Positions 16,949 through 64,000 of a stretch of 64,000 bases of DNA are shown here, in pieces. Both the position numbers and the translations under genes were made by a program. Positions within the stretch are counted from its first letter, which is position 1. Each line of letters begins with the position of its first letter. Source of the DNA: the human T2T-CHM13v2.0 reference genome, Homo sapiens; assembly GCF_009914755.1 (NCBI RefSeq), contig NC_060943.1; one strand, written 5' to 3'. Below the pieces are notes generated by a model. That model had not been told where the DNA came from, searched no databases, and saw only the letters and a program-made list of their open reading frames with translations.

Positions 16949-17879
16949 TAGCAGGTTTATATACAGTCTTGAATTTGAATGTTATATATTATCAACTTAC
17001 TTTTTACTAGAAGATGATGAATTCGCTCTTTTCACTCCTCTCCCACACACATATTTCCTTCCCCCCCCTTCAATCCTCCCAGAATTGTCATGTCATGATT
17101 TTTATTAAGTTCACTGATTATGTTATGGAGATCAGGAAAATGTTAGAGATGAGCTATGTCGTGCGCTGTCCTTACATTTCTTTCTCATGCAAACTTTTTG
17201 CTTTTCTTTACAACTGTAGTTGAGATTTGTCCTTTTCTCTGCTTTGAATAATTTAAACTCCAATCTCTGTCCTTCTGCTCCAATCTATACTTTCTTCAAG
17301 CCAGCTGCATGATTCTCCTGCTGGGACTTCACTTCACCATCTAGTCATGTTGGTCCTCCATTTTCTCTTTCCTGGTTTACTCCCTTGTTTAGGGTGAAAA
17401 TATCTTCCAGGAGCTTCCTGAGAAAGACTGTTTGGGAGGAAACTTTTTGAGACTTTGTTTGTCTGAAAATGTCTAACCCTGTTTCCACTTGAGTGATAAT
17501 TTGATAGAAGTCCAGGTTAAACAGCAGTTTTTCCCCAGAGTGTCCAATGTCCTCCCACCTGTGATCCTTTGACTGTGATCTGTTTGGCTTTTTTTTTTTC
17601 TCTCTCTGGAAACCTCTAGAACTGATGTTCTGAAATATTATTACCATATTTTAACAATTGTGGAGCACTCTGCAGGCTCTTCAAATTTCTTTCAGTTATG
17701 GGGACATTTCTTTAATACTTTCTTCACTACTGGAGTTTCTGTTTTCTCTTTTTTGGAATTTCTGAATTTATCCTCTAATTTTCTTATATTGTCTCTTATT
17801 ATCCACTTTTGTCTTTTATTCTGCTTTCCAGAAGTTTTCCTTTTAGTTTGTCATTGTTTTTTAGAGACAAATTCTCAGC

Positions 17880-18425
<546 letters not shown>

Positions 18426-18429
18426 GTGG

Positions 18430-18815
18430 TGGTGTTGGGTGACGGGACTTTTAAGAGGTGATTTGGTCATTAAGAGAGACTGATGCCATTCTCTCGAGAC
18501 TGGGTTAATTCTGGAGGCAGTGAGTTCTCACTCTTTTGGGACTGGATTGGTTATTGCAAGGGCAGGCTGTTATAAAGTGAGGTTCCCCTTAAGTTTTGCC
18601 CCTTTGACACACACCTGCTTCTCTTCTGCTTTTCCATCATGTTATGATGCAGCACTAGCCCCTCCCCCGAAGCCAACCAGATGCCACCCACTCGGTATTG
18701 GACTTTTCAGCCTCCAGAACCATGAGCTAAATAAATTTCTGTTCACTATAAATTACCCAGTCTGTAATTTATAGTGGTATATTCTGTTATACCAACAAAA
18801 AATGGACTAAAACAA
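18430..18815 (+). mobile_element. MaLR LTR (MST/MLT1A-type)
   Basis: aataaatttctgttc...aatggactaaaaca terminus. Confidence 0.65.
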
Positions 18816-19643
18816 TCACTGTCCGTTTAGATTTACCCACACATTTATCATTTTCATTGCTTGTTATTCCATCTTACAGCTCATATTTTCCCTCTGATAT
18901 TGCTTTTCTTTCTTCTGACCTAATTTTTTAAGAATTTCCTTTAGGGGGATATGTTCATACAAAATATTTCAGTTTTTCTCTGAAAGTGTATTCAGTTCAT
19001 CTTCATCCTTGAATGATTCTTGGGCCTGCAGTTCTAGATGGACATGTGTTTTCTCCCAGCACATCAAAGCTATTGTTCCATTGTCTTCTCGTTCCCATTT
19101 TTGCTATTGAGAAATCAGTAGAAAGTCTAATTTTGTTTTCATATATGTAATCCATCCTTTATTTCCAGCCACTTTTAAGATTATGTCATTTTCTTTGGTA
19201 TTCTGTGGTTTCTAGGTATGCTTTTTAAATTATTCTTTAAAAACTGAATCGAGGCTGGGCGTGGTGGCTCACTCCTGTAATCCTAATACTTTGGGAGACC
19301 AAGGTAGGTGGATCACCTGAGGTCAGGAGTTTGAGACCAGTCTGGCCAACATGGTGAAACCCTGTCTCTATTAAAAATACAAAAATTAGCCAGGTGTGGT
19401 GGCACATGCCTGTAGTCCCAGCTACTCAGGAGGCTGAGACAGGAGAATCGCCTGAACCCAGGAGGCGGAGGCTGCAGTGAGCCGAGATCATGCCACTGCA
19501 TGGCATTTTCTTCATCTGATTTTTTTTTTTTTTTGAGACAGAGTCTTGCTCTGTCACCCTGGCTGGAGTACAGTGGCATGACCTTGGCTGACTGCAACCT
19601 CCACCTCCGGGGTTCAAGCCCTTCTTGTTCTTCAGCCTTCTGA

Positions 19644-19826
<183 letters not shown>

Positions 19827-21859
19827 TAATGTTGCTTTTATCCTTTTTCTTTTGATAACTTTGTTCAGTTTCTTTGAATACCCTTTCTTCTCTATCTTTT
19901 TAATGAAACTTTCCAAACACAGAAAAGTCGAAAGAACTATGCAGCAAATAGCTGTATACATACCACCTATGCCCTTAACATTTCACTGTACTTGCTCTAT
20001 ATGACTTTTTTATGTGTCTAAAGTGAGTTGCAGACATCAGGTTCCCACCCCTAAATCTGCCGGTTATGCATTTCTCTTTTAGCTACCTTTGACTTGGGGG
20101 GAACTCTTCCTGTGCCAAGTAATTGAAGACATTTGTGCACAGTAGGGGGAAGCTTTTGTTTCTGCCTAGCAGGAAGCATTTCCAGTTTCCAGGAACGTTG
20201 CTAATTTAGAGGAATATGTGTATGTGTGAGTTGCTTAAACTTCCTTTGCCCCAGATGGCCAAGAACAGCATCCGGAAAGCCACTTACAGTGCAGCAGCTC
20301 AGCCCCACCTCCTCCTGGCAAGCAGGCAGCATCCTGTCCAGACAACTGTGTGTTGATCCCTCCTCCAGCACTGCTTTCCTGGCCCCAGACATCAATGGCA
20401 GCAAGTGCCAGGAAGGTTCCAACGGCCAGGCTGTATCTCTCACTCTTTGTGTTCCAAACAGGTGACTGCTGGTTTGCCCATCACAACGAGCCTCTTGTGC
20501 CTTGTAGGCTTAGTCTAAGATCAGAACCATGGGCACTCCTTCTTGGCTTCCTCCTCGACTCACTTGACTTTTCCTGTGTTGGTAGCTCTTCCTCCTCTGA
20601 CCTTTCAGATACCCCCTAGTTATGCCAGAAGTGCAGAGTGCATTTATGTTTCTGAATCCTCCTTGCTGGTCTGGTGTAATTCCTGAAAGAAGGCATACTG
20701 CAGTAATTTTACTTATGATTCTTTTTGCAACTAGCAAGATCAACCAGATATTTATTTATTTTCATTTTTTAGAAAATTTTAATATAATTTTAATGTTGTA
20801 GGGAGCATGGGGAATATGGAGAAGGGCAGGAAGAGACTTTTGTGGGTGATGTTGGTTAGCTTGATTGTGGTGGTGATTTCATGGATATATACAAATGTCA
20901 ATATCAAAGATAAAAATTGTATAATTTAAATATGTGCAGTGTATCATATATCAATTATACTTCAATAAGCCTGTTAAAATAGTTTTAACAATGATGATAT
21001 ATTGCAACTTTTATGTATTTTAAACTAATTGAGTTTTTATACATGAAATTGTACATGTAATTGAGTTTAAAATACGTAAAATTTTAATGACAAGTTAAAT
21101 TTTATAACATACATTCAGTAAAGTGCATAAATCTTAAATGCATAGTATAATTAATTTTTCATATGACTACCACTACCACTCAGATGAAAATATAGAATAC
21201 TGGCTGGAAGCAAATGGCTCATACCTGTAATCCCAGCATTTTGGGAGACCAAAGCAGGAGGATCCCGTGTGGCCAGGTATTTGAGACCAGCCTAGGCAAC
21301 ATAGCGAGACCCCATCTCCACAAAAAATAAAAAGTAAAAATATTAGCCATATGTGGTGGCACATACCTGCAGTCCCAGCTACTCGGGAGGCTGAAATGAG
21401 AAGATCAGTTGAGTCTGGGAGGTTGGGGTTACAGTGAGTTATGATTGTGTCACTTCATTCCAGCCTGGGCTACAGAGCAAGACCCTGTCTCTAAAAGAAT
21501 AAAAAAAAATATAGAATACTTCCAACACTTCAGAAGATCCCTCGCGCCCTCCTAGTCATTATCCCCTGAGGGTAAGCACTATTCTGACCTCCATCACCAT
21601 GGATTGGTTTCGCCTGTTCTTGAACTTTATATTAATGGAGATGCATTCACGCTGATACTTGCGGCAATAGTTTGCTCATTTTCGTTGCCATATAGTATTC
21701 CACTGTATGAATATATCACAATTTATTTATTCATTCTCTTTTTGATGGACATTAGGGTTGTTTCAAGGTTTTGGCTGTTATGGATAAAGCTGGTATGATC
21801 ATTCTTATTCAGGACCTTTAATGGACATTTGTGGTCTTTTTACTTGAGTGTTGTAGTAA

Positions 21860-22623
<764 letters not shown>

Positions 22624-23199
22624 AAAAGTTCACTTTATTAATACTCATTTATATTTGTTTGTGATGTGCACAACACTCCAATGGAAATTTTAAAAAGTGT
22701 TTGGAGTACAGACTTTCCCAAGCCTGGCTAACTTTTTCTTCCTTCTCTGGGAATGGATGTTTTGCGCAGTGTACAGAAGTGTGGAGAGTGACCCCAATGT
22801 CCTTGTTGATGTGTGTCTGTAAATCTTACCTGTCACAGTGTGGGCACTCTGAGAGCCCTGTGTCCCCACCAGAAGCATCTGTTCCTTATGCAGCCTGAGT
22901 GTCCTCTGCTAGGGTGGCCAGTTCCCCTCCTCCTGCCCTGCCTTTTTGCAGGTTCACAGGTGCAAGACTGGCTGTTTCCTGTTAATATTAACTATACTTG
23001 AATTTTCAAGGATTTTTTTAAGAAAAAAATATATAATGCCAATACAAAAAAAAACACAGGAAAAAAAATTAACCTTACTAAACTAAACCTGCCCTGATAG
23101 GAGGGTTCTTCTCACAAACCTGACTGCAGAGCAAAATGGAATTGCTCCAATTTCTCCCTTTGCAAACAGGCATGCATCAACTTCTCATTTTAACAACTT

Positions 23200-28733
<5,534 letters not shown>

Positions 28734-30182
28734 TCACGGACCAGGGAGAGGGGCAGGAGTTGTGCACGAAACGAGATGGAGCTGCATGAGGTGGGAGAAG
28801 AGGAAACCGTGACATCGCAGCGGCCAAGGGAGCCTTCCAGGAGGAAGAAGCGTCTCCCAGGGTCAGGGCTTCTAAGAGCAGTTGGGGAAGACGAGGACTG
28901 GAATTTGGATTTGGCCACCTGGGGGTGTTTTCTGAACTTGGAGGAGCATTCTTGTGCCCCTACGATGCTTGCAGCAGCTAAGGACTCCAGACCTGCAGAG
29001 TCTGTCCTGAGACAGGTCAGACCTCGGCGGTGGGACGGGAAAGGGGAACTCTCTGTCTAGAGACTTGCGCTCCGATGTAGTTGGAGGTGCTACACTGTGG
29101 CTGGCCACAGACCAACACGAGCAATGGACCACGAGAGGCCTGGGGTAGTTAGCCTTTCCTTCCTGTGCAGCCAAGAACGGAAGGATGAGAGGGGTTCTTT
29201 CTGCCTCCTCCTTGGCATGAGCACCTCCACCTCCATGCCCACTCTGTCCTTTCTCCCAGGAGCAGCTGGCCGGAGAGTAACACGACTCCAGCCGGACATG
29301 GTCATGACTATTTCAGCCTGCAAGGTCATGACTCTCTGGCCCACCTAGGACTCCTAGGGGAAAGGAAGTGCCTGGTCTACCGCCCTTCCCCTGCAAGTCT
29401 GAATGCTGTGTGGACAGAGGAGGAGGACCCAATAAGGTAGGGGTATTGGAGTACTCGGGTGCCTGGGAAGATCCAAGCCCGGCCTATAGGGTCAAGGTCT
29501 TTTCCAAAACAGGGGAAACCCTTTCTGGTTCCCGAAGGTCCTCCCTTCCCTATTCGCTGAACAGGTGGGTGCCAAGAAGCCCCTGTCTTGAGGACAGAGA
29601 GACTGCGGTCTGGCCTCCCCAGACCCAGGCAGCCTCTAACATCACAGCCACAGAGCAGAAACTGGCCTGGCTTCCTCCCAGGCCCAGAAGGCCCCAGCTG
29701 GCCACCTCCCTTTGTTTGTCTTGGGAGGGGCAACTGCTAAGCAAACAGGGAAGGGGAATCCCGATTCGGCCTCTCTGTCTGTCCGGCTAGCCGTTACCCA
29801 GGCCCGGGCTCTGGTGCCCACTGAGGCCTGGCTCCTTCCTGACCCTTTGTGTGGAAGGGACACAGGGCAGGAGTGGGTACAGAGAACACCCAGGGCTTTC
29901 CGAAAAAAATAGCCCAGGCCTCCCACAGATGAGAGAGGAGCTATGTGGTTCGGTAAACCTCAGTTCCAGCTACAGGCAAATGGGATTAACTGAGCACTTA
30001 CTGTGTTGGGGCCCTGGCCTAGCCCCATGCATGCCAGAGCCCTCCAGATACTGCCTGGCCACCCTGCAGGGTCCTATCAGATCTCGAGTCTCCAAAAGAG
30101 GAAACAGGCTTGGGGTCATAAGGGAATGAGGTTAGCAGGGGTGGTAATCCCACCCAGATCTCTCTGACTCTCAGATCACGGG

Positions 30183-33210
<3,028 letters not shown>

Positions 33211-35010
33211 CCTGAAATAAATATTATTTAATTAAAAAACTAAAAGCATTACACTAGAAGAAACAGACCAAAGAGAAATCTAAAGAGATCAGTTGGACAG
33301 AGGAAGGTGGTGGGAGGAGGGCCTCTCTTCCATTGGCCGGTGGGAGGCAGCAAATGTCAGATGGTGGATGGGGGTTTTAGAGGTGGGGGTTAGCATGAGA
33401 GGTAGGGCACGGCGATAGGGGGGGTGCTGTCCATGCAGAGGGAATAACCAGTGCAAAGGTCTTGGGGTAGGAGGCAGGAAGGTGCCTGGTGAGTTAGAAG
33501 AACAGCGGGTAGGCTGGATGGGGGGTGTGAGCCAGGGGGAGATGAGGAGCTGAAGTCAGAGAGCTGACAGGGGCCTTGGGTGCCAAGGTGAGGACTTTGC
33601 TTTTACCTGGAGTGAGGTACAGCTGGGGCAGGGCTCTGAGCCAGGAGGGTAGTTAACTGACTCAGGTGGTCCCAGGCTCTCTCTGGCTGCAGGTGAGAAC
33701 AGACAGTAGGGGCAGGGATGGGAGCAGGGAGATCAGGCAGGAGAGGATGGAGGCTGGGCCAGGGCGTGGGCAGCGGAGGAAGAAGAGTTTAGAATGGAGC
33801 GATTGATTTTATACGTGGAGCCCACAGTTTGTGACGGATTGGATGTGGTGTGAAGGAAAAGAGAGGGTCAGAAAAGACTCTGAAGTTCTGGGCCTGCCAT
33901 TCATCAAAATGGAGAAGTCAGGTGGGCTTCTTTTGCAGGAGGAGGGGAAGGGTTGATGGAGAGGGTTGGGAAGGGAGTTTTTTCAAAAGAGGCGGGGACA
34001 GCGTACCCTGGAGAGCGCTGGGGAGCCACAGCCCCGGAGCTGTGAGGTGGGACTCGCATTTCTGTGTGGTTGGGCCAGGAGTCCAGGACACCACCTGACT
34101 CTGACCTCTTGCAGACGGGGCGGGGGAGGGGGGACGCAGGTTATGGCGTCAGAGCAGGATCGAATCCAACTCTGCCGCCTACCTACCAGGTGACCCCAAC
34201 AAGTCACTTCCCATCTTAGAGGCCGGGCTTCTCCTTCCGTAAAAGGACTGATTTTGCCCGTTCCTGCGCTGTCCCCGGGAAAAGCCCTTACCACCGAGTT
34301 AGTGGGACTCCCAGCACTGGGGTGATGAGCGCAAGGTCTCAGCACAGATAAGAGCCAGGGAGGCTGGATTCTGACTTGGTACTTGGCCTGGCTGACCAAA
34401 ACTGGGAAGTCCCTAGAAACGGAGGCACCGGACCTCCTGGGACCAGGAACCCGGGCTCAGAGACTGGGAGAGGGAAGGAGGAGGCGGCCAACCGGCCCCA
34501 CCCCTTCCCGCCAGCTTCAGGCCCCCTCCCCCATACATACACCTCGGTTTCCCAGCATCTCCAGTCCTCCCCCACCTTCGCCCCGGCTCTCAGGTTCCTC
34601 CCTGGGAGGTCCAGGAGCTTCTGGCCAGGGGCATAGTAGTTGCTAGGGACCCTTTTCTAGGTACTAGGGGAGGGGGCTCCCCAACCTGCGGGCAGGCAGC
34701 TGCCTCCACGATGTTTGGTTTTAATAAAGTCTCTTTGTTTCCTTCTCTGTCTCTCTGCCCCTCTGCTTTCCCTTCTCTGTCCAGTCCCTCTCTCCCCGGC
34801 TTCTCCCTCCTTCTAGGCCTCTGCGGCCCCTCCCCGCCTTCCCTCCCGGGCTGGGGGCGGCGCCGTGACGCGGCGGGGCGGGGGAAGGAAGGGGGTGTCG
34901 CTGACGCCGCGGCGGCCTCCGGCGGCTCCGGCCTTTTGTGCGGGCGGTTGGGTCGGGTGGGGGCGGCGGCCGCGGAAGGCCAGGCCGGTGCCCTGCGGGG
35001 ACGCCCAGCG

Positions 35011-35064
35011 CAGCCCAGCCCCGCGCAGCCCAGCCCTGCCCTGCCCTGCCCTGCCCTGCCCTGC
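35011..35064 (+). repeat. (CAGCC)/(GCCCT)6 pentanucleotide repeat in the 5' UTR region
   Basis: Six perfect GCCCT units at 35033-35062 preceded by CAGCC variants. Confidence 0.9.
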
Positions 35065-35093
35065 GCCCGGGGCGCGCCCACCGCGCCGCATCC

Positions 35094-60757
<25,664 letters not shown>

Positions 60758-61067
60758 GGACCCCGGCCACGCAGCTGTTCCCCCACATGGACAGATGGAC
60801 ACACAGAGCCTCGGCGGCCACTGCTGGCACGGTGTGAGCGCCAGGCATCTCCCACCCGCCCCTCCCGACGGCCCAACCAGGGGCTGTGCAGACGTGGGGA
60901 CCACGGAACCGAGATGCACTTTAGACCAGGGAGCTGGCCCGGCCTCTGGCAGGCCCCCCACTAACTTATTTTGCCCGGCTGAGGTTGTGGGGGGCGCCTC
61001 CTGGGGTGCACGATTCCCTCAGCTCTGGGTTTAATGTATTATATTTATTTGGGGCCGACAGTGCCCC

Positions 61068-61073
61068 AATAAA
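61068..61073 (+). terminator. Polyadenylation signal AATAAA of GRAMD1A (3' UTR about 330 nt)
   Basis: AATAAA with an upstream U-rich element (61031-61050) and a downstream GT-rich tract (gtggctgtggctgtg). Confidence 0.85.
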
Positions 61074-61604
61074 GGGTCAGAAGTGGCTGTGGCTGTGCCT
61101 GTGGGGCCCTGGGAGTGGGTGGGAGCCTCCTGTTGCACTCAGATCCTGCCATGGTGGGGAGGGGACCTCTGTCTGTGTTCTGGGGCCATAGTCACTGAAA
61201 CGATCTGGAATTCCCGCAGCATCTTACACAAGCTTTACATCATCTGAGGTCAACGCAGGAACTCCGGGGACAGACCGTGGTAGCTGGAGTTCAAATCCTG
61301 CTTCCTAGCAGTGGTGTAAATGCAGCAGGTCAGCCCCCTGGAGCTCCAGTGAGCTTTCCTGTGCAATGGGTAGAATGGCAGTAGCTGTCTCTCAGGGTTG
61401 TTAGAAGGCAGTGGTTCTCAAACTTGAGCTGCATTCGAATCTCCTGGAGAGCTTGATGAAAAACAGACTGTGGGCCCCTCCCTCCAAATTTCTGGTTCAG
61501 TAGGTCTGGGGCAGGGCTGGGATTCTGCCTTTATAACGAGTTCCCAGGAGTTGCTCATGGTGCCATCCCAGACGACACTTTGGTTTTTTGTTTGTTTGTT
61601 TTAA

Positions 61605-61799
<195 letters not shown>

Positions 61800-63289
61800 T
61801 GAACTCCTGGCCTCAAGCGATCCTCCCGCCTCAGCTTCCCAAAGTGTTGAGATTTCAGGCGTGAGCCACCACGCCCAGCCCCAGACCACACTTTGAGAAC
61901 CACTATTATAGGTTCAAGGAGTTCATAAATGTGGCTACTTATAACAGGGCCCGGCACAGATGGAATGGAGTAAGTATTCAATAAATGTTACACTTATTGC
62001 ATAAAAATAGAGGGAAAAAAGTAACTCGCGTAGTGAGTACCAAGTACGTACGTACCCAGCTCTGTGCCAAGATCTGATGTTCATTTTATTCTCACAGTGA
62101 TTCCATGAGGTGGAGACAAAGATGTACACGCCCGAGGCTACCCAGCAGGGAGGCAGACTCCAGGCCTGACCCCTGGGGTCTCCACATTTACATGCAAGGT
62201 CCTAACCCCCTCAGGACCCCACCACAGCCCATTCAGGCTGACGTTGGTTGGATTCCTGTTTTACAGATGAGGAAATGAGCTTGGAGGCAAAGTCCCTGGT
62301 CCAGAAAGAACCCAGGTCCACCTCACGCAAACCTTGTCCTGGTTCCAGAGGGAGTATGTGGGGTAGAGACACCTTTGGCATGTCACACCCCCGGCTATAA
62401 GAATCATCCTAACTGATGGCTTGGAGCAGGGGACTGGAGGAGGGTTTGGAGAGTGGATCAGGAGTGGCATAGGAGGCAGAGCCAGCCTCTCCTATCCTCT
62501 AGTTGTGTGATCATGGCAAGGTACCCATGCTGAGCCTCAGTCTTCTATATCTGTAATATGGGTGTAATAATAATACCACCTATAGGAAAAATTAAATGAG
62601 CTAATGTTAGTAAAGTGCTTAGAATGCTTAGAACAGCACCAAGCCCATACATAGTAGGTGCTCACTGAACATAGCTTATAGGGCCGTGAGGTGCCTCCTG
62701 TCCAGTGCTGAGGCCTGTCCTCACTGTGCCTTCACCTACCATCCCCCACCAGTGGAAGGGCCCGGAACAGCAAGAGGGTTATTCTCTGCAGGGGAATTTC
62801 ACAGCTCAGAAGGTGCTGGCGTAAAAGTCTAGACCACAGAGGTGTCGGATGTCCCTGGCTCCCTGCCCCTCTGCCATGGTCCTGCCCCACACCCTGGCTC
62901 CTCTTGCCTGGCAGGGCTGGGCCAGGGGGATTCTGAGACCTTACCCCACCCGGAATTGGAGGCTAGGATCTGGGTAGTGACCCTTCAGCCGAGAGTCTCA
63001 CTCCCACCCTGGTCCTGACAGCCCAGAACTCCCATCTCCATTCTCTCAATTTGGCAGAACCTACTGGTAGGACAGGCCACTCACCACTGCTGGGGCAGGA
63101 TTCCACATCCATCCTAGGCCAGCTACATGACTCTGGGCAGGGGCACGGCCCTCTCCCAGCCTCAGTTTCTTCATCTGTAAAATGGGGATAATAGAACTTG
63201 CTGAAGGTTTGGGGCAGTAGAAGTGGGTTCTGCAAATCCCAAGGACTTAGTGAACATTGGCATTCATTTATTTGTTTGACAAATATTGA

Positions 63290-64000
<711 letters not shown>

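Overview
Primate, almost certainly human, genomic DNA that is Alu-dense and carries ERV solo LTRs, L1/L2/MIR and a CpG island. It contains the complete GRAMD1A gene (Aster-A, an ER-anchored cholesterol transporter) on the + strand. I assembled 20 GT-AG coding exons from 35094 to 60757 that join in phase into 2175 nt (724 aa + stop; GRAM domain, ASTER/VASt domain, TM helix, luminal helix), with a poly(A) signal at 61068. The first ~28 kb is intergenic and mostly repeats, including several solo LTRs with intact target-site duplications (TSDs). Main observations: (1) an upstream in-phase alternative N-terminal exon at 30605-30902 encoding an exact calcineurin-docking PxIxIT motif (PIIHITPS); (2) a 12-nt microexon inside the TM helix with UGC/CU-rich upstream elements; (3) a split, inverted MST LTR with reciprocally chimeric Alus, implying an Alu-Alu inversion in intron 11; (4) a 90-bp degenerate duplicate of the alternative exon's donor region; (5) weak versus strong Kozak contexts suggesting leaky initiation; (6) antisense splice signals. 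Repeat subfamily names are from memory of consensus sequences and were not checked by search.
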